A stretch of DNA of 64,000 nucleotides. Origin: Bdellovibrionales bacterium (lineage in GTDB: Bacteria; Bdellovibrionota; Bdellovibrionia; Bdellovibrionales; JAGQZY01). Positions 1 through 8,271 of this stretch are shown here, one piece after another. The notes under the pieces are model-generated. The model made no database searches, was not told where the DNA came from, and was given only the letters and a program-made list of their open reading frames with translations. Location of the stretch: contig CAXRHT010000002.1 in the NCBI GenBank assembly GCA_964230645.1, positions 1,248,395-1,312,394 of the forward strand, given 5' to 3'. The stretch's first letter is position 1; each line of letters begins with the position of its first letter. The position numbers and the translations under genes were made by a program.

Positions 1-60
1 AACTTCCATGACAAGCCACTCGGAGTCTGAAATTGATGGTAGTTTATTTTTTTTTTCCAT
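1..60 (-). CDS. Partial CDS (5' end only, continues past window start): BlaI/MecI/CopY-family repressor N-terminus
   Basis: Reverse-strand ATG at 60-58 opens MEKKNKLPSISDSEWLVMEV. This resembles the ISxxEWxVM opening of penicillinase-repressor family proteins. Only 20 codons are visible. An A10 run lies at 47-56. Confidence 0.4.
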   Translation of the reverse strand, partial: MEKKNKLPSISDSEWLVMEV

Positions 61-144
61 GGAATCAATACTAAGGAGAATTGATTACACTTGTAAACCC
101 AAAGATTACATCCGTAATTTTTCTAGACTAAAGATAGGGAAACT

Positions 145-750
145 TTAGAGAAGACCATCCTGACACATCTCGATGGTCTTTTGATGATTCATATAATAGA
201 CATCCGCCTGCCCTGCCCGTAAAGAGATAAAACCAGAGACTCCAACAACAAATGTCGAATCAGTTGTACTCATCCCCCCTAGGCCAGCACAAACAAAACA
301 GGCCACACAGTCCACACCAATCCTCGAGTGTCCGGCATTGGTTATCTCTGTCCAGGTTTTAAAATTAGGACAGTCGCCGCCACAATCACAGTCTTTATCA
401 TTGGCGGTGTTCCAGCAGTCATTGTCGTTGAAAGGCAAATTAACGTCCGTTCCGTCATTGGACCGGAAGCGATAAAACAAATCGCCAGTGGGTTGAAAAC
501 CCGTTTGAACAAGGTTTCCAGGATACACTCCGAACTCAGAACGTGTCGCTTGGGCGGCTGCGTAAAAAGAATTCATTAAAGCAAATCCTTCTTTTTGACG
601 AGCACGAGCCTGAAAGCCCTCGTATGAGGGAACGGCAATCATCATCACGATCCCGATAATAGCAACTGTGATCATCATTTCAACCAGAGTAAAACCTTGC
701 GAGTTCAGCGCTGGGAGTTTTGAATGTCGGCTAGAAATAGGTGTAAACAC
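145..750 (-). CDS. Type IV pilin-like protein (prepilin N-terminus, Cys-rich C-terminal domain)
   Basis: GTG start. Prepilin signature ...NSQG|FTLVEMMITVAIIGIVMMIAVPSY with Glu at +5. The C-terminal half has 8 Cys (DCDCGGDCPNFKTW, VDCVACFVC). It is a paralogue of the next gene. Confidence 0.85.
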   Translation of the reverse strand: MFTPISSRHSKLPALNSQGFTLVEMMITVAIIGIVMMIAVPSYEGFQARARQKEGFALMNSFYAAAQATRSEFGVYPGNLVQTGFQPTGDLFYRFRSNDGTDVNLPFNDNDCWNTANDKDCDCGGDCPNFKTWTEITNAGHSRIGVDCVACFVCAGLGGMSTTDSTFVVGVSGFISLRAGQADVYYMNHQKTIEMCQDGLL

Positions 751-758
751 TATTTATC

Positions 759-786
759 ACATCGGAAAAGCCAATAGGAAACTTTA
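759..786 (-). promoter_or_regulatory. Candidate sigma-28 (FliA)-type promoter upstream of pilin 145..750
   Basis: Minus strand reads TAAAGTTT-N12-TCCGATGT. The consensus I recall is TAAAGTTT-N11-GCCGATAA. The -10 element ends 8 nt before the GTG start. Confidence 0.4.
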
Positions 787-853
787 AATACATCTCAATC
801 TGAAACAGATCCGAAAGGTCGAAAAACGAAATACTTTTTAAGTAAGCATTGAA

Positions 854-1483
854 CTAGCGGAGTCCATCCTGACAGTTCTCTATCGTTTTTAGCTCGTTCA
901 TATAATAGACATCAGAGACTCCCGCTCTGAGAGAGATCACTCCAGACACCCCGACAACAAAACTACTATCATTTGTAACGAGGGTACCGAGGACAGCACA
1001 TGGAAAACAACCTACACAGGAGGTTCCAATCTGAGAGCCCCCACTAAACTTTTCCTCCCAGGTTTTATACCTTGGACAGGCCCCTCCACAATCGCAAATC
1101 TTGTCGGCCGCTGTATCAAAACAGGCATCATCATTGATCGGTAGTCCGATATTGGTCCCATCATTGGAGCGCAATCGATAATTCAATTCCCCTGCAGGCT
1201 GAAAGCCTGTCTGTATAAGATTGCCGGGAAAAACTCCAAATTCCGCACGTGTTGTGTGAGCCGCTACAAAAAAGGCATCCAAATGGGCAAAACCCTCTTT
1301 TTGACGAGCGCGCGCTTGAAACCCCTCAAAGGAGGGAACGGCGATCATCATAATAATTCCGATGATGGCCACAGTGATCATCATTTCAACGAGGGTAAAT
1401 CCTTTCGAATTGCGAAAAAGAAAACTCTTAGATTGGGCCTGCTTGCAATGGCCCCACTTTATTTTATTTTGATTCACGCTCAC
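854..1483 (-). CDS. Type IV pilin-like protein, tandem paralogue
   Basis: ...RNSKG|FTLVEMMITVAIIGIIMMIAVPSF. The Cys-rich C-terminus (ICDCGGACPRYKTW, SCVGCFPC) is collinear with 145..750. An in-frame GTG at 1477 sits 5 nt after GAGG and may be the true start. Confidence 0.85.
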   Translation of the reverse strand: MSVNQNKIKWGHCKQAQSKSFLFRNSKGFTLVEMMITVAIIGIIMMIAVPSFEGFQARARQKEGFAHLDAFFVAAHTTRAEFGVFPGNLIQTGFQPAGELNYRLRSNDGTNIGLPINDDACFDTAADKICDCGGACPRYKTWEEKFSGGSQIGTSCVGCFPCAVLGTLVTNDSSFVVGVSGVISLRAGVSDVYYMNELKTIENCQDGLR

Positions 1484-1586
1484 CTCAACTCAACATCCAA
1501 TCACGAATGCAAAGCAGCTAAAGCAAAGCCCATTTTATCCCTAAAGCCTGAAATAGTCTCCTCTATTGTATCAATATCGGTCAGTA

Positions 1587-4166
1587 TTAGGTCTCAAACT
1601 TCAATCCTAGGTCATGGCCTAGGACTTTTATTTGACTTCCTTTTTGAATATCTCCTGCAAGAAGTTTTTTCGAAAGAACATTAACAATCTCTTTTTGAAT
1701 GACTCGCTTAAGGGGGCGAGCTCCAAAAATAGGATCATAACCTTTATCGGCTAGATACTGAACGCCGGCTTCATCGATTTCAAGAGTGATGCCTTGGTCT
1801 TTTAGGCGAGCAAGGAATCGGTCCAATTGGATTTTAACAATGCCTTCGATGTTTTCCTGGCTCAACTTTTTAAACACCACTCGTTCATCAATACGATTGA
1901 GAAACTCGGGACGGAAAAAGTCCCCAAGGTTTTCATCAATCTTTTGCTCAATGTCTTTTTCGGTAAGCTTTTCATCCATTATAAACTCAGAACCTACATT
2001 GGATGTCATGATAATGATCGTGTTTTTGAAATCAACTGTTCTCCCCTGACCATCAGTCAGACGACCTTCGTCAAAAACCTGCAACAAAACGTTGAAAACA
2101 TCGCGATGAGCTTTTTCGACCTCATCAAGTAAAACTACACTATAAGGACGCCGCCTGACCGCTTCGGTGAGCTGCCCTCCCTCATCATAGCCAACATAGC
2201 CCGGAGGCGCTCCAATCAAACGGGAGACACTGTGTTTTTCCATATACTCACTCATGTCGATACGAACGATATTTTCTTCACTATCAAACATAAACTCAGC
2301 CAAAGCCTTCACCACTTCTGTCTTTCCAACGCCTGTTGGTCCGAGAAAAAGAAAAGCTCCAATGGGTTTATTGGGGTCAGAGAGTGCCGAGCGAGATCTG
2401 CGAATGGCATCAGAAACAACCTCTAGGGCATGATCCTGTCCAATGACCCGCTGTTTGAGAAGCTCTTCCATATTAAGAAGCTTTTCTGATTCACTTTTTA
2501 TCATCTTTTCAACAGGTATTCCCGTCCATGTGGAAACCACATGGGAGATGAGTTCAGGATCAACAATCTCTCGAAGTAAGCGGTTGTCATTGTCTTCTTT
2601 TTCAACGTTGGCTTCATCAAGACTTTGCTTTTCTTTTTCTAAATTTGGAAGCTCTCCGTATTTGAGCTGTGCGGCCCTCTCTAGATCTCCTTCCCTTTCG
2701 GCTCTTTCAATTTGAGCTTTCGTTTCTTCAATTCTCTGTTTGACCTCTTTGAGCCCATCAATACTTTGACGTTCTTTTTTCCATTGGGTTTCAAGCTCAT
2801 TCAACTGCTCTTTGAGAGAACTGATTTCTGATTCAATCTTTTCCAATCTTTCTGGCTGGTCCCCTTCATTTTTGAGGGCCTTTTCCTCAATTTGCAACTG
2901 CATGATCTTTCTTTGCACCTGATCAATTTCAGCAGGAACACTTTTAATTTCCATACTGAGTTTACTAGCGGCCTCATCGACCAAATCAATGGCTTTGTCC
3001 GGAAGAAAACGATTGGCTATATAGCGATCAGAAAGTTGAGCGGCAGCTATCAGTGCGCTATCGGTGATTCTTACGCCATGATGGACTTCGTATTTTTCTT
3101 TGAGTCCTCGTAGGATCGTCACCGTGTCTTCTACGGTGGGCTCGCCCACAAAAACTGTTTGAAAACGTCTCTCTAAGGCTTTGTCTTTTTCAATATACTC
3201 GCGGTACTCATCAAGCGTGGTCGCACCAATACAACGCAACTCCCCTCGGGCAAGAGCTGGTTTGAGCAACTGGCCAGCATCCATGGCACCGTCAGTTTTG
3301 CCCGCGCCAACAAGAGTGTGAAGCTCATCGATGAATAGAATAATCTGCCCATTGCTTTTTCCCACTTCAGCAATGACTCCTTTGAGGCGCTCTTCAAACT
3401 CCCCGCGATACTTTGCTCCCGCAACAAGTGCTCCCATATCAAGGCTGAGGATTTTTTTATCGTTTAAAACCTCAGGAACATCTTTACTGATAATCCGTAA
3501 GGCCAATCCTTCGGCGATGGCTGTCTTACCCACTCCAGGCTCTCCGATGAGAACCGGATTATTTTTCTTTCTACGAGCCAGCACTTGGATGGTGCGACGA
3601 ATTTCATTGTTGCGTCCAATTACAGGATCCAAACTTCCTTGCGCGGCAAGATCGGTAAGATCCCGCGTATACTTTTCTAATACTTTGTACTGGCTGTCCG
3701 GATCTTCTGAATCAATCGTCTCGCCACCACGGATTTCACGGTAGGCTTGATCTAATTTCTTTTCATCAAGACCGGCTGTCTTATATATATTGTTTAACTC
3801 TTTATCGCCAAGCTTCAGAGAACAGATCACAAAATGCTCTACGGAAATAAATTGATCTCCAAGATCCCCTGCAAAGTTTTCAGCTAACTTGAAAAGCCTT
3901 TGTAAACGTGGACTGGCCATTAAATTATTGTCACCGGAGGTCACCTTGGGAAGTGAGGAGAGTCGATCCTTCAGAGCCTTTGCCAGAATGGTTGTTTGAA
4001 CATTGACGGCTTTAAGCATATCCATCACGCGATGAGTGGGTGTGGCAAAAATCTCCGCCAATAAATGCTCGGGCTCAACAGAAGGGTGCTTCATGGATTC
4101 GGCCGTTTTGGCCGCTTTTTGCATGGCTTGCTTTGCTGGAACTGTCATTTTTTCTATATCGTTCAT
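1587..4166 (-). CDS. clpB: ATP-dependent chaperone/disaggregase ClpB
   Basis: Two AAA+ modules (GEPGVGKT and GPTGVGKT Walker A) flank a long coiled-coil middle domain, with a Clp_N-like N-terminus. I place the start at ATG 4166 (GAGGAG just upstream, sigma-32-like promoter at 4208-4234), not at 4295. Confidence 0.95.
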   Translation of the reverse strand: MNDIEKMTVPAKQAMQKAAKTAESMKHPSVEPEHLLAEIFATPTHRVMDMLKAVNVQTTILAKALKDRLSSLPKVTSGDNNLMASPRLQRLFKLAENFAGDLGDQFISVEHFVICSLKLGDKELNNIYKTAGLDEKKLDQAYREIRGGETIDSEDPDSQYKVLEKYTRDLTDLAAQGSLDPVIGRNNEIRRTIQVLARRKKNNPVLIGEPGVGKTAIAEGLALRIISKDVPEVLNDKKILSLDMGALVAGAKYRGEFEERLKGVIAEVGKSNGQIILFIDELHTLVGAGKTDGAMDAGQLLKPALARGELRCIGATTLDEYREYIEKDKALERRFQTVFVGEPTVEDTVTILRGLKEKYEVHHGVRITDSALIAAAQLSDRYIANRFLPDKAIDLVDEAASKLSMEIKSVPAEIDQVQRKIMQLQIEEKALKNEGDQPERLEKIESEISSLKEQLNELETQWKKERQSIDGLKEVKQRIEETKAQIERAEREGDLERAAQLKYGELPNLEKEKQSLDEANVEKEDNDNRLLREIVDPELISHVVSTWTGIPVEKMIKSESEKLLNMEELLKQRVIGQDHALEVVSDAIRRSRSALSDPNKPIGAFLFLGPTGVGKTEVVKALAEFMFDSEENIVRIDMSEYMEKHSVSRLIGAPPGYVGYDEGGQLTEAVRRRPYSVVLLDEVEKAHRDVFNVLLQVFDEGRLTDGQGRTVDFKNTIIIMTSNVGSEFIMDEKLTEKDIEQKIDENLGDFFRPEFLNRIDERVVFKKLSQENIEGIVKIQLDRFLARLKDQGITLEIDEAGVQYLADKGYDPIFGARPLKRVIQKEIVNVLSKKLLAGDIQKGSQIKVLGHDLGLKFET

Positions 4167-4207
4167 AATCTCCTCAAATGGGTTTACTCCACTACCCTCT
4201 TTCATTA

Positions 4208-4234
4208 AGATGGGGCCGAATCGGGAGTTGTCAA
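4208..4234 (-). promoter_or_regulatory. Sigma-32 (heat-shock)-type promoter for clpB
   Basis: Minus strand reads TTGACA-N13-CCCCATCT. The -10 matches the CCCCATNT heat-shock consensus. It lies inside the over-long 902-aa ORF and about 40 nt upstream of ATG 4166. Confidence 0.55.
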
Positions 4235-4335
4235 TGTCCAACAAAGCACTGAATCCACGCGCCTTTACCCCTAAACGGATCCGCAGAAGTATCAAATTGG
4301 ACCGGGTTCAGGCGAGTGATTTTCTCAATTATGAT

Positions 4336-4491
4336 ATGATTTTCTGCTGCGAACAATGTTCCTTTTATAATGAAGACGACAAGGAATGCATGATGGGATT
4401 TCGTCCCGAGAACCATTTACGGGAGCAGCAGTTAAAAACCTTTACCACCAATGGTCATATGGCCTTCTGCCGTTTTCTTGAAATCGAATAG
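4336..4491 (+). CDS. Possible small Cys-rich protein (51 aa), unknown function
   Basis: This is the 3' part of ORF 4036..4491 that does not overlap clpB: MIFCCEQCSFYNEDDKECMMGF...AFCRF, with 5 Cys. No clear RBS and no recognisable family. Confidence 0.25.
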   Translation: MIFCCEQCSFYNEDDKECMMGFRPENHLREQQLKTFTTNGHMAFCRFLEIE

Positions 4492-4507
4492 TTAGTACCT
4501 AATATAT

Positions 4508-5407
4508 ATGATGAACGAAACTCTTCTTGGTCTTTTATTTCTCGCACTCGTTATTATTCTTCTCGCCCTTATCTTTCACTTACGGGCGGAAAAGGAAGTT
4601 AGCGAAAAAGAGATCGAGGGAAAATATTTTGACTCTCCTTGTGGCCCCCTCTTTTACCAAACCCATGGTAAAAAGGGACCCTGGATTCTTATGGTTCACG
4701 GCATTGGCTCCTCGACTTACTGCTGGCGAAACATTGTTCCCGAGTTCAAAGATAACTATAGAATTTTGACAGTGGACCTTTGGGGCTTTGGTTATAGCAG
4801 TAAAGACCTCTCCACTCCTATGTCTTTGGATGAACAAGTAAACCTGTTAAAAGCTCTAATCACTTATCTTAATATTGCTAACTATTATTATGTGGGTCAC
4901 TCTTTGGGGGGTGAAATAGGGCTATGGCTTGCACTCAAGGATCAAAGAATGGAGAAATGTATCGCCATAACCCCATCGGCTCACCCGAAACTGGTCTCTA
5001 ATATAGTCAAAAAATTCACTTGGGTGGCGAAGTGGACCCCAGTATGGCTGAGCAAGAAAACAATCCATCGCCTTTTAATGAACCTGATCCGCGAGAAATC
5101 CTTAATCGATGAAGAAATGATCGAATCCTATTATAGGCCCTACCAGGAGGCTTCGGCCCATCTGAGTTTTGCTGCCGCCTTAAATATTATTAGTGATCCC
5201 AGGGTTTTTAATAGCCTTCATAAAGTTCCTAAAGGAACAGTGATGCTTTGGGGAAAGACAGATCAAGTGATTCCAAAGAGGATCGCTCAAAAAATCCAAT
5301 CCAAAACACCTCAAGTTGAGCATTTTACCCATCCAACAGCGGGTCACCTTCCCACCGAAGACGATTATCCATGGGTTGTCGCCCATCTAAAAGCCCAGCT
5401 CAAATAA
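4508..5407 (+). CDS. Alpha/beta-fold hydrolase with N-terminal membrane anchor
   Basis: HGIGSS oxyanion region, GHSLGG nucleophile elbow, C-terminal AGH. Hydrophobic N-terminus LLGLLFLALVIILLALIF. Confidence 0.8.
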   Translation: MMNETLLGLLFLALVIILLALIFHLRAEKEVSEKEIEGKYFDSPCGPLFYQTHGKKGPWILMVHGIGSSTYCWRNIVPEFKDNYRILTVDLWGFGYSSKDLSTPMSLDEQVNLLKALITYLNIANYYYVGHSLGGEIGLWLALKDQRMEKCIAITPSAHPKLVSNIVKKFTWVAKWTPVWLSKKTIHRLLMNLIREKSLIDEEMIESYYRPYQEASAHLSFAAALNIISDPRVFNSLHKVPKGTVMLWGKTDQVIPKRIAQKIQSKTPQVEHFTHPTAGHLPTEDDYPWVVAHLKAQLK

Positions 5408-5446
5408 CAAAACTTCCGCTCCAGGCGAAAGTTTTGTAATCTTTTT
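5407..5446 (+). terminator. Rho-independent terminator after hydrolase gene
   Basis: ACAAAACTT...AAAGTTTTGT stem enclosing a CGC/GCG stem, followed by AATCTTTTT. Confidence 0.5.
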
Positions 5447-5547
5447 GTCACTTTCTCTCTGGACTTTCTTATTGATTTTAGGACGACTGTCCTAAGACGT
5501 GAATCCAGTTTTACCCCTATAGGTCTGAAAACCAGACTGTCGTCTCG

Positions 5548-5574
5548 TCAAGAGACTGACAGAAACCCCGATGG
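5548..5574 (+). promoter_or_regulatory. Weak candidate sigma-28-type promoter for flagellin
   Basis: TCAA-N15-CCCGATGG, about 52 nt upstream of the fliC ATG. This is the only CCGAT core in the intergenic region. Confidence 0.3.
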
Positions 5575-5626
5575 GTGTTTTGTCCAGTTTGGAAACTTTT
5601 AAAACAAAAAAACGGGAGGAAACATT

Positions 5627-6460
5627 ATGTCCATGCGAGTAGCGACAAACCTATCAGCCATTAACGCACAGCGAACGATGGCAAATAATAACAGAAACAT
5701 TGCTAACAGCTATGAGAAACTTTCTAGCGGTAGCCGAATTAACAAAGCGGCCGACGATGCCGCAGGTCTTGCGATCTCTGAAGGATTGAACGCTCAAATT
5801 CGTTCAGCTCGTCAGGCGAAAAGAAACTCAGAAGATGGAATCTCTTTGATTCAAACCGCTGAGGGTGGATTGGCCGAAATCGGTAACATGATCACACGCC
5901 TTAGAGAGTTAGGAATCCAAGCGGCTTCTGACACTGTTGGTTCTGAAGAAAGAAAGTTCATCAACGCTGAAGTAGATCAGCTAAAAGATGAAATGCAGCG
6001 TATCGCTGAAACAACGAAATGGGGAACAACCAATCTTCTTGACGGTTCAACACCTGTTTTTGACTTCCAGGTCGGTATTTTTAACAGCGATTCTGCTGAC
6101 AGAATCAGTTTTGATTCCTCTGGAAACGTAGCCACCATTGATGCTCTTGGGCTTTCTGGCCTAGATTTCACTGACAAAGTGGGAGCTCAAGGAGGTCTTG
6201 AAGAGCTAGATGCGGCTCAAAACGAAGTAAACCGTATTCGAGCCAATATGGGTGCTCTACAGAACCGATTAACAAACACGGTTTCCAACCTAGGAACCAT
6301 GCATGAGAACCTTTCTGCGGCCAACAGTCGTATTCGTGACACAGACGTGGCGGAAGTCTCTGCAGAACTGACTAAAAATCAAATTTTAATGCAGGCAAGT
6401 ACGGCAACACTCGCGCAAGCGAACCAGAAGAACAGCTTAGCATTACAACTACTTGGTTAA
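5627..6460 (+). CDS. fliC: Flagellin (short form, conserved N- and C-terminal helical domains)
   Basis: MSMRVATNLSAINAQR...SSGSRINKAADDAAGLAISE N-terminus and ...LTKNQILMQASTATLAQANQ...LQLLG C-terminus. GGGAGGA RBS. Confidence 0.93.
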   Translation: MSMRVATNLSAINAQRTMANNNRNIANSYEKLSSGSRINKAADDAAGLAISEGLNAQIRSARQAKRNSEDGISLIQTAEGGLAEIGNMITRLRELGIQAASDTVGSEERKFINAEVDQLKDEMQRIAETTKWGTTNLLDGSTPVFDFQVGIFNSDSADRISFDSSGNVATIDALGLSGLDFTDKVGAQGGLEELDAAQNEVNRIRANMGALQNRLTNTVSNLGTMHENLSAANSRIRDTDVAEVSAELTKNQILMQASTATLAQANQKNSLALQLLG

Positions 6461-6480
6461 ACTTAAATGCCCGTTTTTCA

Positions 6481-6512
6481 GGGGGAGGACGTCCATCCTC
6501 CTCCTGTTTTTT
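6481..6512 (+). terminator. Rho-independent terminator after fliC
   Basis: GGAGGA-cgtcca-TCCTCC hairpin followed by TGTTTTTT. Confidence 0.7.
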
Positions 6513-6667
6513 AACAGGCATTTTTCCTTTTATCCCCTATCCAGGGCCTTTCAAATGACTGATTCTCTCTTCTGAGGTTGGTGCGTTAATTCCCTTTTTT
6601 TTTGACAATTCTCCGAGCCTATCGAAAATATCCATTGTCTATATAGAAAATCGAGGGAGTTCATCCT

Positions 6668-7519
6668 ATGGCAAAGAGAAAGAAGAAAGTGACTAAAAAG
6701 AAGGCATCCCGCAAGAAAGTCACCAAAAAGAAGTCCGCCCGTAAAAAGGCCACAAAAAAGAAAACTAAGAAGAAAAGCAAAAAGAAAGCTTCGGTGAGTA
6801 AAAAGAATAAGGCTTCAAAAAAGAAGACCACTCGTAAAAAAACGAAGAAAAAGGCCACTTCTAAAAAGAAGAAAAAAGCGACCAAGAAAAAGAAGAGCGC
6901 TAAAAAGGCCACCAAAAAGAAAACGAAGAAAAAGAAAAAAAAGGCCACAAAGAAAAAGGCGGCTAAAAAAGTAAAAAAGAAAGCCACCAAAAAGAAAAAG
7001 AAGAAGGCTTCCAAAAAGAAAGTCGCTAAGAAAAAAGCGATAAAAAAGAAGACCACTAAAAAAAAGGTCTCCAAGAAAAAAACCACTAAAAAGAAGGCTG
7101 TAAAAAAAGCGCCTAAAAAGGCTCAGCCAAAACCAGAAGAAAAGAAGGAAATTGCTCAGGCCAATGACGAAGCCTCCAAGGCTTTAACAAAACCTGAGGT
7201 TCCTTCGTTTGAAGACATTGTTTCATCCAAAGATGATGGTAAGCCTGTCGTTGCTGGCAACCCCTTCAAGGTGGAAGAATCAAAAGGCTCTCAAGGATCC
7301 TTCTTTGATGATGAAGATGATCTTGATAATGACATGGAAGAGCTTCGCGGAGATATGGATAGCCTGGGTGCTGTTGAAGACAGTGAAGACTATGAGGATA
7401 TCGATGAAGATGATAATGAAGACGATGATCTTTTCGATGATCCCGAATTAAACCCATTTGATGATCTGGACGATGAGCCCGATTATGACGATGATGACGA
7501 CGATGGAAGTTATTTCTAA
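6668..7519 (+). CDS. Lys-rich (histone H1-like low-complexity) protein with poly-acidic C-terminal tail
   Basis: GAGGGAG RBS. The first ~150 aa are almost entirely K/A/T/S repeats (KKKATKKK...). The last ~80 aa are D/E-rich (DDEDDLDNDMEE...DYDDDDDDGSYF). A strong terminator follows. Confidence 0.75.
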   Translation: MAKRKKKVTKKKASRKKVTKKKSARKKATKKKTKKKSKKKASVSKKNKASKKKTTRKKTKKKATSKKKKKATKKKKSAKKATKKKTKKKKKKATKKKAAKKVKKKATKKKKKKASKKKVAKKKAIKKKTTKKKVSKKKTTKKKAVKKAPKKAQPKPEEKKEIAQANDEASKALTKPEVPSFEDIVSSKDDGKPVVAGNPFKVEESKGSQGSFFDDEDDLDNDMEELRGDMDSLGAVEDSEDYEDIDEDDNEDDDLFDDPELNPFDDLDDEPDYDDDDDDGSYF

Positions 7520-7523
7520 GTCC

Positions 7524-7555
7524 AAAAAGCCTACCCTTCGGTAGGCTTTTTTTTT
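7524..7555 (+). terminator. Rho-independent terminator
   Basis: AAGCCTACC-cttc-GGTAGGCTT followed by a T run. Confidence 0.85.
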
Positions 7556-7568
7556 GAAAGATATCCCT

Positions 7569-8240
7569 ATGAAAGCACAAGGAAAAAACCTTTGGACCCT
7601 TCAATGCTCCCAGAAAGTCATGGGGGTGGATCTTGGAGCCCGAATGACTCTTGTTCGAGATGACAACGACGAGAGTTTACTGGCACACTCCCCCATCCCC
7701 CTTGAGCCTGAGCAAATTGAAAAAATAGCTAATCTGGGTGAGGTAAAATGGATTGTCGCTCCTAACAAGTTTCATCATCTCTATATCAAAGAATTTCAAA
7801 ATTATTTTAAAAACAGTCAATTGTATTTGGCCCCTGGCCTGAAAGAAAAAAGAGAGGACCTCAAAGAGGGAATCGATATTCTTGTTGATAAGACCTATCC
7901 CTGGTCCACTTTCTTAGACTTCCATATTGTTGAGGGCGCTCCCCTTATGAACGAGGTCGTTTTTTATCACAAAACTTCTCGCTCTTTGATCGTGACCGAT
8001 TTAGGACTCAATATTGGCCCTAATAGCCCCCTTAAAACCAAAATCTTCGCAAAAATATTTTTGACCTACAATCAGTTTGGGTGGTCGAAGCTTGAGAAAA
8101 AACTTTTGATTAAGGACAATAAACTCTTTAAAGAGTCGATGGAAAAGATCACGTCTTGGGACTTTGAACAAATCATTCTCCCTCATGGAAATGTGGTGAA
8201 TCACAAAGCTCACGAAAAATTTGTCCAAGCCTTTTTATAG
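7569..8240 (+). CDS. Conserved hypothetical protein (DUF4336-like by recollection)
   Basis: Start moved to ATG 7569 because 7554 lies inside the upstream terminator. The motif KWIVAPNKFHHLYIKEF resembles DUF4336 family proteins. Function unknown. Confidence 0.55.
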   Translation: MKAQGKNLWTLQCSQKVMGVDLGARMTLVRDDNDESLLAHSPIPLEPEQIEKIANLGEVKWIVAPNKFHHLYIKEFQNYFKNSQLYLAPGLKEKREDLKEGIDILVDKTYPWSTFLDFHIVEGAPLMNEVVFYHKTSRSLIVTDLGLNIGPNSPLKTKIFAKIFLTYNQFGWSKLEKKLLIKDNKLFKESMEKITSWDFEQIILPHGNVVNHKAHEKFVQAFL

Positions 8241-8271
8241 CAATCTCTTTTTATTATATTAACTGAATTGG

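Noticed and set aside
128-148. CTAAAG-N9-CTTTAG hairpin and TAAAGTTTCC motif after pilin 145..750, considered as a second sigma-28 promoter for the BlaI-like gene
   Set aside because: The would-be -10 (GTCTAGAA) matches only 5/8 positions. The sequence also works as a simple stem-loop overlapping the pilin stop codon. It is too ambiguous to call.
4167-4295. N-terminal 43-codon extension of clpB, and the 5' part of plus-strand ORF 4036..4335
   Set aside because: A sigma-32-like promoter and the GAGGAG-ATG at 4166 fall inside the extension. The plus-strand ORF overlaps clpB antisense over that stretch.
6602-6631. Sigma-70 promoter for the Lys-rich gene (TTGACA preceded by a T9 tract)
   Set aside because: The -35 is perfect, but no acceptable -10 hexamer sits at 16-19 nt spacing (AAAATA/AAATAT). 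I left it uncalled.
6661-7086. 141-aa poly-Phe/Leu ORF on the minus strand
   Set aside because: It is the antisense reading of the AAG/AAA-rich Lys-repeat gene. The plus-strand gene has the RBS and the terminator.
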